A DNA stretch of 63,402 bases, filler included, from Rhabdomonas costata (lineage: Eukaryota), in NCBI GenBank assembly GCA_019059605.1. It is 35 parts of 35 records of this genome, joined end to end, with 100 filler letters (N's around TTAATTAATTAA, not from the genome) between each part and the next. Parts side by side here need not be neighbours in the genome. Positions count along the whole stretch, not along the records: positions 50,811 to 52,524 come from JAHMHO010010199.1; positions 52,625 to 54,337 come from JAHMHO010010200.1; positions 54,438 to 56,150 come from JAHMHO010010201.1; positions 56,251 to 57,963 come from JAHMHO010010202.1; positions 58,064 to 59,776 come from JAHMHO010010203.1; positions 59,877 to 61,589 come from JAHMHO010010204.1; positions 61,690 to 63,402 come from JAHMHO010010205.1; 28 more parts are not named here. One strand, given 5' to 3'. The notes beneath the pieces are model-generated. The model had not been told where the DNA came from. It saw only the letters and a list, made by a program, of their open reading frames with translations, and searched no databases. How positions within the stretch are numbered: the first letter of the stretch is position 1; each line of letters opens with the position of its first letter. Shown piece after piece: positions 52,393 to 63,402 of this stretch. A program made the translations under genes and the position numbers.

Positions 52393-52835
52393 GTGGTTCC
52401 CCAAGGGCCCGCGTCAGGGATTTACCTCTGCTCACAATCCATTGACCATGTCGTCGGGGCAGAATTCGTCCCATCACTTGGAGGCTCACGTTGAGGAAGC
52501 ATAAATTCCCCTTGTCTCTACCAANNNNNNNNNNNNNNNNNNNNNNNNNNNNNNNNNNNNNNNNNNNNTTAATTAATTAANNNNNNNNNNNNNNNNNNNN
52601 NNNNNNNNNNNNNNNNNNNNNNNNCTTGTGAGCGAGAGGTGAGGTGAGGTGATACGCGCTGAAGCGCTTCAGCCACAACTATCGACACAGCCACAACACC
52701 AACTCCCATTTTCACATATTCTGCTCCGTGTTTGGACGCAACCTGGGAGGCGAACCATAGAAGAACTTCCTCCCAATTAGTCTTGGGAAAACGAAAAGGG
52801 ATACACTGGAAATGAGTGAAATGGGGGATAAGTAC

Positions 52836-53570
52836 CTGCTGCCCTGTTCCCGTCAGCGAGATCCCAAACCGCTGCGGAATGGTGTAGGTGCCGCTGCTGA
52901 CCAGCTGATTCCCGTTGATCCCAACAATGGCCCGGCCCTGCAGCAACCTCACCTGACCGAAAAGAAAACCACCGCACCATATCTCAGAAACCAGAAGCGC
53001 AAGAAGAAAGCGAGTGTGCTGGGCATATGTGTATTGGTGACCACTGTGGACTGATGGACGCATGCGCAGCAGGCCTCACGGGTGCTCGCATGAGGACCCC
53101 TTGGAGCGAACGGCACCGGGGGTACCGGCTTATCGCCGAGAGTTCCAGATATACACTGCCACAGTCCCACAGAAAGCACAAAAAAAAACGTGCGTGGGAC
53201 GAGGAAGGAGACGGATTTGTTTGTAATGTAACCAAGCAGCCATATGGCACAAACAAACGACGAAATGACGAATGAATGAGGAAAACTGCGGCAAACACTT
53301 TTAAAAGACAGTCAGGCCGACTTTTGGGTACCACAGAGCACCCATCTAGAATGAAACGCAGAAAAACTAATATCATTGGATTCGCCCCACTGTAGGGGTC
53401 TTCACTGCCCAGAAAGACCTTCATATGACGGGATTATCGCCTCTAACCTGCAGGAAGTACTGCTGGCCAACTGCTAGAAGGCCCACGAGGATCGCGGACG
53501 GGATAACTGCTAGGAGCGCAATGGGGATGGCAAGCCGTGTGACGCATGATTTAGTGTATACTCCCACCCC
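52836..53570 (-). CDS. Membrane protein fragment, 2 exons
   Basis: RLAIPIALLAVIPSAILVGLLAVGQQYFLQ|gttag and cag|VRLLQGRAIVGINGNQLV...GTGQQ|gtact. Confidence 0.4.
53030..53150 (-). repeat. Dispersed repeat family A, copy 3
   Basis: Reverse complement reads atctggaactctcggcgataagccggtacccccggtgccgttcgctccaagggg...gcgagcacccgtg...catcagtccacagtggtcaccaa. Confidence 0.8.
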
Positions 53571-54437
53571 ACGCGCAGACCGTACGCACAAAATCTGAGA
53601 TGTGTGAACTTGCGTTGCCACCCAGCCCAGAATATGGCGCCCATTTATTCAAAAAGGGGGACCTGCACCACGTCCCCCACCTTCAGCGGGGGGCAAAGAA
53701 GGTCGCCCCGGCGCTGGCCGTTGGCCATTATATAGACGGAGAAGCCCTTGGCAGTCACCCCGTAGCTACCACGGAACCCCGCAGAGCCCATCGCGTTGTC
53801 CAGAAAGCCGTCAATATGCCCAGCCTATGCAACAGAACCTTGCAGCGGAGGCAAGACAAGTACCCGAGGTGGAGATTAGGTGGTCCGAGTAGCAGTTGCT
53901 TCGGCTTTTACCAACTGTGCAAAAACAAATTACACTTTACAACTTCGCCCGAGTCCAAGGAGGTGCAAAAAGAGGCTAAAAACACATGATAGAAGTTGAA
54001 AACATAACCCGTAACATTCAGGAGAGGTGCCCAAAAAACTGCTCCCGGTGGTCTCTGGGATGGTATTGCGCCATTATGCATTCTGGCATAATTCATTGTC
54101 AACTTCATCGAAGGCAGCCTGTTCACACCACCCTTCCTTACTTGAGTTCTTTCAGAAGAACATTACGGACATAACGGACATTAAATTTACATGCAATGCT
54201 TGTTTTCAAGTTTTTCGTTTTTTTTTTTGCAAAAACCCGAAACTCCATTATTGTTATTTTCTATAAAAAAAACAACGTTCTTTTTTGCGAATTTATGAAG
54301 CAAAGGGAAGCCTGCGTCCTGGCAGTTGCACAACCCCNNNNNNNNNNNNNNNNNNNNNNNNNNNNNNNNNNNNNNNNNNNNTTAATTAATTAANNNNNNN
54401 NNNNNNNNNNNNNNNNNNNNNNNNNNNNNNNNNNNNN

Positions 54438-56094
54438 TGATGGTCTGCTGGTCCATGTCCACGGCCACCCCAACTACATCCTTTCCTCTGAGGGGATCGT
54501 ACGGGGGGCGGGGCACATTCCCCTCTGCTAACAACCAATCCCAAACAGCGCACACGGCGAGTGTGTCAAGCGAAGGATCAGGTCAAGGTCAACGCGGGAC
54601 CTTCTCCACATCGTCATCCGTCATGCGCAACAGTCAGTGCTCCTGTTAATATGACTTTAAGATGAGAAAGATGTTTTTTATATTTCAATTTTAGCACATT
54701 GCGATCAGTTTTGAATGGTGCTGCTGGAATTTTTGTTGCATTTTTCAACTGGCGGTAGCACCCCTCCCCTTCCCACAGTCCAGCCCCTTTCCATGCTTGC
54801 CAACGCATAAAAAACCTCCACTTCCGCGAGGGCGGAGCCCCGGGCGCAGGATCTGTGGGGTAGGCCGTCCAGCGGTTGCCGTGGAACTTCATCAGCCGCT
54901 TCCCATCAAAGCTCCAGCTGTGGGGGCAGTCCCCAATTACCCTCCGACGCGGGGTCTGGCGACAACCGCTGGCTACAAACCCCAGCTGGGTGTGCCCCCC
55001 GGTGAGCAGCTTCACCTCGAAGTACCACTTTCCCCTGAACAGTCATCACGTGGACAAGCTTGGAAGCGGGGTGTGTGTATTTGTTTGCCCCGTAGCTTGC
55101 CAACCGGTATCTTGATCGAAAGATTCAATGATTCAAACAAACATCGTAATACCCTTTCCTCTGCCTGTTACTGGGGGACATTTTTGCAGTCAGAAGCCAG
55201 CAACATTGCAGCCTTGGTACCCTCCTGGGGCACCTGCGCACCAGGCTTGATTCTTCTGAGCAAGCGGAAGTTGTATCGAAAATCATTGCATAGCACAAGC
55301 AGCGAAAAGAGTAGGGTCGAGTGGGCGCCTGCCACGCACGCGCACAGACCGGTACACGGTCACGTTGGCCTTCACGGCGAGGTTCAGACCCTCACTCCAC
55401 ACCACAGCGGTGCGGCCATCATCGCTCTCTTCGACCTTGAGCAGGTCGCTGGGCACGAGGCGCTCCAGCCCCACCTTCTCCGCACCCCGGCGGTACATGG
55501 GGTCCTGTCCCCACCCCAGCGATAATGGAGTCGGCGGCAATTATGGGGGACTAGCCTCACCACACCACAACGCCTGCGCATTACACACGTCAGCCCCAAC
55601 TTGCACACGCACAGAGAACACCGTCGTTGTCTGCCATTAAACAGAAACAGAGCTATAGATTAGCAAACCTATATCCTCATGAGAAGTCCCTGTAAACAAA
55701 AAGGGAGAGGAAGAGGGGGACGGGTTAAGCTCGGTGTGCAGACCTGCAAAGGTCCAAAAAAAAGGGGGTTCTTCCCAAACCTACATAAGTATGTATGGCA
55801 AAACGGCAAAAAGGCATTGGGCAAGGGGGCAAAAGGGCTCAAAAAAGGCCCCAAAAGGGGTCTGAACGCTACCAAACAAATTCCGGCCACTGCGGTGCCA
55901 GCATAAGTACTCATGGAGGAAGTTTCCTCATAAAGAGTCCCCTGCATCATTCCCCAACCACGCATCCTTTCAAAAGAGGATTCACATTCCACAGAGACCT
56001 GGTAGAGCTGCCGCAGCTCGCGCTTCTGCTGAAATTCCACCGCACTCGTGGGCACGGCCGCGCCCTGTAATAGCGATGAACGTGGCGTATGGGC
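54438..56094 (-). CDS. SPRY-domain protein, RNF123/KPC1-like, 4 exons
   Basis: AVKANVTVYR|GKWYFEVKLLTGGHTQLGF...IGDCPHSWSFDGKRLMKFHG...KWR|GKDVVGVAVDMDQQTI; GT-AG introns. Confidence 0.8.
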
Positions 56095-56773
56095 CTGCAG
56101 GGAATGTGGTTTTTATGGGGGGGGGGCCACGGCCAAAACCAACCAACACANNNNNNNNNNNNNNNNNNNNNNNNNNNNNNNNNNNNNNNNNNNNTTAATT
56201 AATTAANNNNNNNNNNNNNNNNNNNNNNNNNNNNNNNNNNNNNNNNNNNNGTCAATGAGATTCCCCCGTTTAATTTTTCGTCTGCTCTTCTTGGTCCTCA
56301 AGTTATCAGCAACGGTGTTTGTCGCAAGTTTTCGATTTTTATTGAAGACCGGTCTGGAGAAAGGTCCGGGGCCTCTTTCCGGGGCCTCATTGTTTTCAGA
56401 ATGCAGCTTGGAGATCGAATTGCAGACTTTCCCGGTTAGTGGGAAAATATACAAAAGAGGCTGTGCAAATTTCTATTTTTTCAAACTTTTTTTCGGCAAA
56501 ACCTTTTGTGAAAATGCCGGCCCAGCACAGGAGGTACCCTCTTGGTGATAATTTTTTTGGGGGTGGCGGGGTGGCACATGTACTGTGAATTTCACTTGTC
56601 GCTCGTTGCTCGTCGCCCCACACCCGCCGAGTCCGCGTGTGCAGTTCCCAAGCACAGAAGGCAGTGGAGTACCGGAGAATCGGGCTGCAGCCCCCGCACT
56701 TCACGCCCCACACACTGCGGTCATCCACTCACACATTAACACATTACCGCTCCCCTATCACATACTCCCGCAG

Positions 56774-57253
56774 TCGGCGTTTGGGCGGCCGTGGCCGTAC
56801 CTTTCGGGGAGTCTGTTCCGGCGGCTGGCGGACGCCATTCAGGAGACTCAGACCAACTTCAACTGGATGAAGTCCAAGTCTGGTGCGTGCAGGCAGTGCA
56901 GCGGTCCACCGCTCGTACACATTGACCTACCTCGCAAAGGGGAGGTGGTACTGACTTGATAGTTCTCTAGTAAAGAGAGCGTTTTGGACTTCGAAAAAGA
57001 AAATGATCTGAAATGGGATTTCGTACCCTGTTCGCATTGTAGCATCCCCATGTTTTTACGACTGGGTGTCAAAGTTCTCACTAATGCTGTGATGCCTTTT
57101 CCGACAAAGGTCAGGATTTCTCTGCTTTACTTTCTTCTTGTTTTTTATGTGGTGTTAGCCACTCGTGCGGAGCAATACACTCGGTACACGGTGGACCTCC
57201 ACGCCCTGAAGAACCGCTCGCTGGTGTACTGGAGCCTCAACCAGTTCCGCCAG
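56774..57253 (+). CDS. Two exons of an unknown protein
   Basis: cag|SAFGRPWPYLSGSLFRRLADAIQETQTNFNWMKSKS|gtgcgt and tag|TRAEQYTRYTVDLHALKNRSLVYWSLNQFRQ|gtccc. Confidence 0.45.
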
Positions 57254-58408
57254 GTCCCTATGATTCGCAGGGTGCCGGGGACAGGACAAGCGTATTGAAA
57301 ATAGCACCACGGCAGCTAATCACCATTTTATAGGCAGAAAGAATGCCTTCGGACCTGACGAGAGAAATCGACGCGGAGTAGCACTGGGCAAGTGCAGAGA
57401 AGGATTGGGTCTCAAGGATCTCAAGCTGCTGTTTCGTGAGGTTGTTCTTGAGTACGTCCTCTCGACAGAAGTGGGTGTCAGCAGCGGCAAAAGCAACTTT
57501 CTTGTGTTCGTTGCCTTTTGTGACACCTATCTTGCCGAGTTCATTTTCAAGATAAGGATGGTATGCTACATATCTGTGTGCTTGGTTATGCACGTGAGCG
57601 TGTGCCTCTTCGCTGGCCTCAGCAGCAGACATAAACCCGCGCAAATCAATGCCGAGTAGTGGAAACTGACCGACACCGGCCCACAAAAACCTTCCTGGTT
57701 TTGGTTTGGATACCGGTGGGCCTGCAATATCCTTTGATTAGTTCGCTTCCCTGCCTTTCGCTGCGACCCCTGTAGCTGTGGCCCTGTGTTGTACAGGATG
57801 GGTCGAAGGGAGAAGTTTTCAACACAGGAGTACCCTCACAGGAAGTTTGTGTTGCTCGACTTTTCAGGACATTAGGACTCTGCGGTCGTATCTGGAGGAC
57901 GGCAAGCTGAACGTCCTGTGAGGGTACTCCTGTGTTGAAAACTTCTCCCTTCGACCCAACACANNNNNNNNNNNNNNNNNNNNNNNNNNNNNNNNNNNNN
58001 NNNNNNNTTAATTAATTAANNNNNNNNNNNNNNNNNNNNNNNNNNNNNNNNNNNNNNNNNNNNTGTGTTTTTTCTGAGTTTGTCTTGCCGCTCTCAAAGG
58101 ATGTCCCGCTTTTGGCTTTGGAATGCAAGCGGTCTGCGAGTTTCAGCTGCAGCTCACCTGCACCCTCCGATAGACTTCCAGGCAGACGTTTGATATGGAC
58201 GGAGGGGGTTAGTTGGGTGGAGAGGATGTGTAGGAGTCTAATGCTGTCGTCGCTGAGGCTCCTGCTTCTTTAGGTATCGGTCCGTCGGTTCTACTGCACC
58301 ATCGAACCTCTGTTCGGTATTGTGCTGTTCGGAATGGGTTTGTGGGACGTCGGCCTTATCCTCACTTTTTCTTCTAGAAAAGACGATTTCGTTCCCTTTT
58401 ACCCGCAG

Positions 58409-59498
58409 GTTGTGCTCCACGGCAGGATGGTTGGATCGCGAAGTGCGATGGAGATGTTTTCCGGGGACCGAGCAGATCTGTTTGCTGAGGTTTTTGTTTT
58501 GTTTGGTTGCCCTGCGCCGTGCTCGCCATCCCTAACCCACCTTCCCTAACCACCCGTAACCTGCCTTTGCTGACCGTTGGAAGGCACGGAAGGCGGCTCT
58601 TATGCTGAATACACACCATCACAGTGATGCAGATCCGATCCCCCTGCAGCCACGCCTCCGCTGGCTAACGGTCCGACCGTCCTCCAGGAGGCTCCCGCCC
58701 TTCCCTCTGCTCGCAGGTTTGTGGAGCGTTCGACCGGCTTCAGGCGAGGTATTCCCCAATCGTTCTGGAGGGTGCTGGAAGCATCAGCGAGCTGAATTTA
58801 AGGGACCGTGACATCACCAACCTCAGGATGGCTCTGCATGCTCAGGTGGGATTGCCTTGGGATTTCCCTTCTTCGTTTCGCTGCTCCGTTGAGTCCTTCT
58901 GTAAAGGCTGTTCAGCCTGAGAAGCTGTGACCTCTGCCTGCCTTTTGTCGCAGGCCGTGGTGTATCTCGTCGCGGATATTGACAAGGGCGGGGTCTTTGG
59001 CAGCGTCTACGGGACGATTCAGCTGTTGCGCCCCGAGGAGAGGGCACTGATTCGCGGGGTGAGTTGGGGAATTTTAGGGGCTGGGGCTGCTGCATTTTCT
59101 TTTCTACAGTGCGAAGATAACGCGTGGCCCGACAACGAGTCAGTGTTTGTTTAAGGTGGCCCGGTGTTCCCTTCATTTTATACCAGTATCTTCATTTTTA
59201 GAGCCCATCCTAATGGCAAAGGCAGCGTCCCCGCCACCAGAATATAGGTTCTCGTCCCCCTGTCCGCTGTTCCCTGCGGGTGCTCGCCCGCCAGGATGCA
59301 GATCAACACTTGTTCTCCTCTCACTATAAAGAAGTTCTTAAACCGTCACTGCACGGGACCCTTGGCATTGCTTATCGAGGGGTTGGGGGTAGGTCATTGT
59401 GAACAAGTTTCGCGGAGACATCCGCTTGTTCTTGGATGGCCAGAGGATGCTCTCGGAGCTGGTGGGCCTCCCCGTGTACGTCGTGCCCTACTTCCGAG
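58409..59498 (+). CDS. cobQ: Cobyric acid synthase (CobQ/CbiP), 4 spliceosomal exons
   Basis: Exons 58409-58489, 58717-58845, 58954-59058 and 59393-59498 splice in phase 0 to VVLHGRMVG...[94 protein letters not shown]...[12 protein letters not shown]. Every intron is GT-AG. Confidence 0.93.
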
Positions 59499-59884
59499 GT
59501 TCTCACCCCACTCCGCTTCTCTGAGGTAGGGCATGGCCAGCATCCAGCCCTTCTCTCTCGCATGTCTCCGTAGATCGCATACGGCGTGCCTTTGACAACT
59601 TAACTCAGGGCTTTGGTATTGCCATTTTTCTGTTTGGGCACGCCCTTGTTTCAAGATCAACTCCAGGGAGGTTATCGGTGGATTGTGGAATATATGGCTC
59701 TCCCTGGTTGGACTCATTCACCCACCCCATTCACAACATGTGCTTTTTCTGACTAAGAAAAAGTTTCTGCAAAAACNNNNNNNNNNNNNNNNNNNNNNNN
59801 NNNNNNNNNNNNNNNNNNNNTTAATTAATTAANNNNNNNNNNNNNNNNNNNNNNNNNNNNNNNNNNNNNNNNNNNNTGTGGGTG

Positions 59885-61582
59885 GTCACGCACAACAGCC
59901 ACGACGGATGACCACAGTTGTCCTTAAGGTACTGCTCAGGGGTAACGGACAAGCTTTCGCACCGCCCACACCGCCCTCCTTGGGTTCCTGCTGCGTGCGG
60001 TGAGGAAAGTGGAATGTGAGTGCAGAAGGCGAGGGAGGAGGACCTGTTCTCCAGGAAAAAGTTCGCGAGGGCATTCTTGGGGTTGATGCGGTACGCCAGC
60101 TGGATCGAAGCTGCTGCGTGGCCGGGACCAGCAGAGGATGAACCCCCGAAAGGATATGGGGCACCTCTCTGCGAGAGGTACTCGCCACCCTGAGAGAAGT
60201 GCGTTTGTTGTGAAGAGGTTGCGTCAGCTGAGGAGGAATCAGTGGATCTGGGCATCGGACGAGGGTGCACAACTCATTGGACGAACGATTGGCTGTCGAA
60301 AGCTCTTCCCATATCCCCATGCGGTTGCGGTGCAGTGCGGAAGACCCCACCCCTCTCCAGCAACTTGAAGTGGGTTAAAATAGGCATCAGGTAATGGAGG
60401 CGGGATTCACCACTTGAATGACGACCCTCCACCCCGGGAAACAGCGCCTGACCACGTAGATGCCTTGATAACAAGAGTTCTGCCCAGCAGAAGCTGCATC
60501 GGCTTCCCTCATACACACACAAACGGACATAGGCAACGTTCTGAATGCAGAAAAAGCACCCCCAACGGCGTTTAAATGGCACTCTGCGTGTGGTGGAACA
60601 CTGCTCCGTGGTTTGCGCGGTGAAGCATCGGCGTGTGTGTGTGTGCGGTGTGAAGGGGGAGGGGGGAGTGCTGCCTGGTCTTCCAGACCCATCAACTCGA
60701 GGGCGACGCGGCACATGTTAGCCTCCTTGGTTTGGCTCTCGCGGAACAGCGGCACGTCTCCCGCCCGCACGATCAGCACAAAGCGGCCGTGGCGGGCCCG
60801 CGCGCGGCCCCGGCTCTGGATCACACTGGTCGGGCTGCAGGTGGTGTCGTACCTAAAAGGGGGAGAGAGTTTGCGCAGGGTTTTCGTTCGCCTGTGGGTG
60901 TATAATACGAAATTTTGAGTAACCCGGGATCTATTCTCCAGGGTCATTGATGTTAACATTGCGGGCTTTTGGAGACGCTCGCCGCGGAAGTGACAGCTTG
61001 ATGGTTGCGCACCATCCTTCACAATTGAGTTTCCTTCCAGACATGACAAGAGGCAGAAAGGCAGCCACAAAACCAAACGTTCCAGAATGAGGCGGCCAGG
61101 ACCACACGCTGGCACCTCTGGTCGTGCACATCTTTCTCTCCTCACTTTTGTTCTTCTGTGGCCCAACAAACAGAAGTGCCGTTTGCCTTCAATACCACCC
61201 GCAACTCTTTTTTTCTTTTTTCTTTTTCTCTGGATAACCTCACCCCAGGTTTCAGAACCTGGGTTGTGAGCGAATTCACGTCGACCCTCGCGGATCGGGA
61301 AGTGCACATTGGCGTGGTGGTTGACATGCATGGACGTACCCACCCACCCACATACCCACGTACCGTACACACAACGTAATCTGATTAGACTCGCTTTCAA
61401 CGGCGAACAATTCATTAAATGTGCCCTGCGCGCCCCACCAAAGTCATTGCTCTGATGTGGCTGCAGCGGCACCACATCTCACCTTATGGCACTTCCCCCC
61501 GTGGGCGTGGGCGTAGGTGGTATCCACTGAAAGACATACCGCACGACCAGATTGCACAGGGAAATGTCCAGGCCTTCCTCCA
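59885..61582 (-). CDS. RIG-I/Dicer-type SF2 RNA helicase C-lobe followed by a possible dsRBD
   Basis: VEEGLDISLCNLVVR|YDTTCSPTSVIQSRGRAR (motifs V/VI; exons 61582-61540 and 60852-60675); exon 60189-60044 ends INPKNALANFFLEN. Confidence 0.8.
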
Positions 61583-62516
61583 CCCACCCNNNNNNNNNNN
61601 NNNNNNNNNNNNNNNNNNNNNNNNNNNNNNNNNTTAATTAATTAANNNNNNNNNNNNNNNNNNNNNNNNNNNNNNNNNNNNNNNNNNNNGTGTTTTAAGG
61701 CTCACGTCAATCCATTCTTCGCAATGGCAGTGCGCATAAAAAACCACACACATTCAGCACGCGCTGGAGGTTGTGAAGACCTCCAAAACAGGCAGAAAAA
61801 AACAGAGAGACTTCTGCAGCTCCCTCGGCTCGGCAAACAAGCCGAGCCGAGGGAGCTGCAGAAGTGTTACAGCGTTACAGCTATTGTACCCTGCAAATGT
61901 GCACTACGAAGGCAAAAGCAATTCGAGTTTGGACGGAAAGGAAAGGGCTGGTAACACCTCCAGTAGTTCCAGTAATTTTTCCTCACTGAAATTAACGGTT
62001 ATTGAGCAAAATCAAAGCAGCCTTTCTCTCGGCTTCTTCTCACGCTGCGTTTTTTCACCACCTTTCCATTTACCTCTGGAACAGTGTTTAACGGATCATT
62101 TAGCTCGAAATATCTGATTTAAAGAAGCCGAAATCCTTTTGCAGCAGCAGATCGTCGGGAGCTGAGAAGTTGACATCGTCCCGAGTAGTCGTCCCAAATA
62201 GTTGAATCTTCAGATCCAGCATTAGCGTAACCAGCTACGTAACCTAGCGAAACCCTAACCACAGTTGATCTGAGCACACTGATGAGTGATTCAACGTTTC
62301 ATTTCAGGTCTTCTCCTTCTCCTTCAGCAGCAGCACTCGACAAAGACGCAACGGCAAGCCAGCATGCAAACAGAGCAAGGCAACATGGAGAAGCAACAGA
62401 AGGCGAAGGCATCACAGCGGTTATGTTCCAAATTACGACGAGGCGTGAAGGATGCGCTTGAGCTCCGCCCTTTGTTCCGCAGTGAGGGACTTCGGGAAAG
62501 TGGTGCAGAAGGAGAC

Positions 62517-63380
62517 TTTCAGGTCTCCCCGGGTGCCATCGGGAAGCTGAAAACCCTCTTCAGTGATGCTCTTCACAAAGTTTGGGCTGGGAGAAGCAAG
62601 AGCTCAGATCCATTATCAGATCCAGATTATCGATTATCAGATCCATTGTGTGGTGTTTGAGAAAACGCACACTGCAACACGGGCACCCTTGATACTGACC
62701 GGACCACATCGCGTGATGCCTCATTGCTCACTGTCCCCCCCCCCCCCAACCGGACGAGGTGGAACACCATCCAACCAAGGCAAACTGCTTGCCATCACCA
62801 AGGGTCTAACTTTTACGTTCAAATCAGAGAACACAGGGAATGAATTTGGAATCCACTTGCTTGTAACATTCACCACAACAGTACCGAATGTCCAGGTCCA
62901 AAGTCCTTTTTTTGAATCCAAAGTCTTGGGCACTCCATCGGCACGAGATGGCCCGATTCAGACACCTGCAAGGCCCTTTCAGCCAGAGAGAGAAGAACGT
63001 AGCGTCCAGGAGTGAGGGTGGCTGGCACATACTGGGCGATCTCATCCACAAAGACGGTCAGCTTGCGGTTGTCCAGCGTGACCTGCGCGGTCCCACCCAA
63101 AGCGACACACACATTTGCAAAAAAGCAATAACATGACATTAAGCACTATACCCGTCGCCACTTTTTCAGAAGAACCCAGCATTCTGCCCAGGAGAGCAAA
63201 AGGCATACATAAATACATACATCCGAACCCTTCAACCCAATGACAAGCAATTGCATACGATGTTGATGGAAAATCCAGTGAGAGCTTCTTCGAGGGTAAT
63301 GTTATGGGTCATCAGCAGGTCGGGTCCATTACGTCGGAAACGAGGATGGGCCTTTTCCGCAATTATCACCAAAATGTCTC
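62517..63380 (-). CDS. Type II DnaJ/Hsp40 C-terminal domain (DNAJB13/RSP16-like), 3 exons
   Basis: DILVIIAEKAHPRFRRNGPDLLMTHNITLEEALTGFSINI|VTLDNRKLTVFVDEIAH|PNFVKSITEEGFQLPDGTRGDLK; GT-AG introns. Confidence 0.85.
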
Positions 63381-63402
63381 CTGACCCCCCCCCCACACAA
63401 AA

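Noticed and set aside
57258-57686. 142-aa minus-strand ORF downstream of an exon
   Set aside because: No motif recognised and no splice or homology support.
58064-61589. CobQ and RNA helicase (or MTase and Kelch-ART at 16332-19269) as a gene cluster or defence island
   Set aside because: They lie on separate contigs that are adjacent only because of length sorting.

Overview
This window is not a continuous locus. It is 35 unrelated contigs of about 1.71-1.72 kb, joined by 34 artificial 100-bp linkers (44 N + TTAATTAATTAA + 44 N), so nothing on different contigs is linked. The DNA is nuclear DNA of an intron-rich flagellated protist; a euglenozoan or euglenid is plausible but not proven. G/T-rich contig tails and fold-back chimeras point to whole-genome amplification. 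Most contigs carry a few short GT-AG exons, and some have GC-AG introns. Recognisable gene fragments: PCC alpha, a tandem-GAF protein, KLHDC4, KIF-binding protein, DLEC1, CFAP61, DRC10, AP-4 epsilon, an RNF123-like SPRY protein, a type II DnaJ, a Kelch-PARP-like fusion and a RIG-I/Dicer-type helicase. The two strongest signals are (1) a four-exon spliced cobyric acid synthase (CobQ/CbiP) of bacterial type, i.e. a cobalamin-pathway gene domesticated in a eukaryote, and (2) a decayed Ty3/gypsy gag preceded by a tandem array of about 7 palindromic 36-nt units that each look like an LTR-end plus tRNA primer-binding site. Also present are a retroelement-type NPPW adenine methyltransferase followed by an orphan ORF, an intronless USP pseudogene and dispersed repeats. 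All protein calls come from reading translations and recalled family motifs; no database searches were run.
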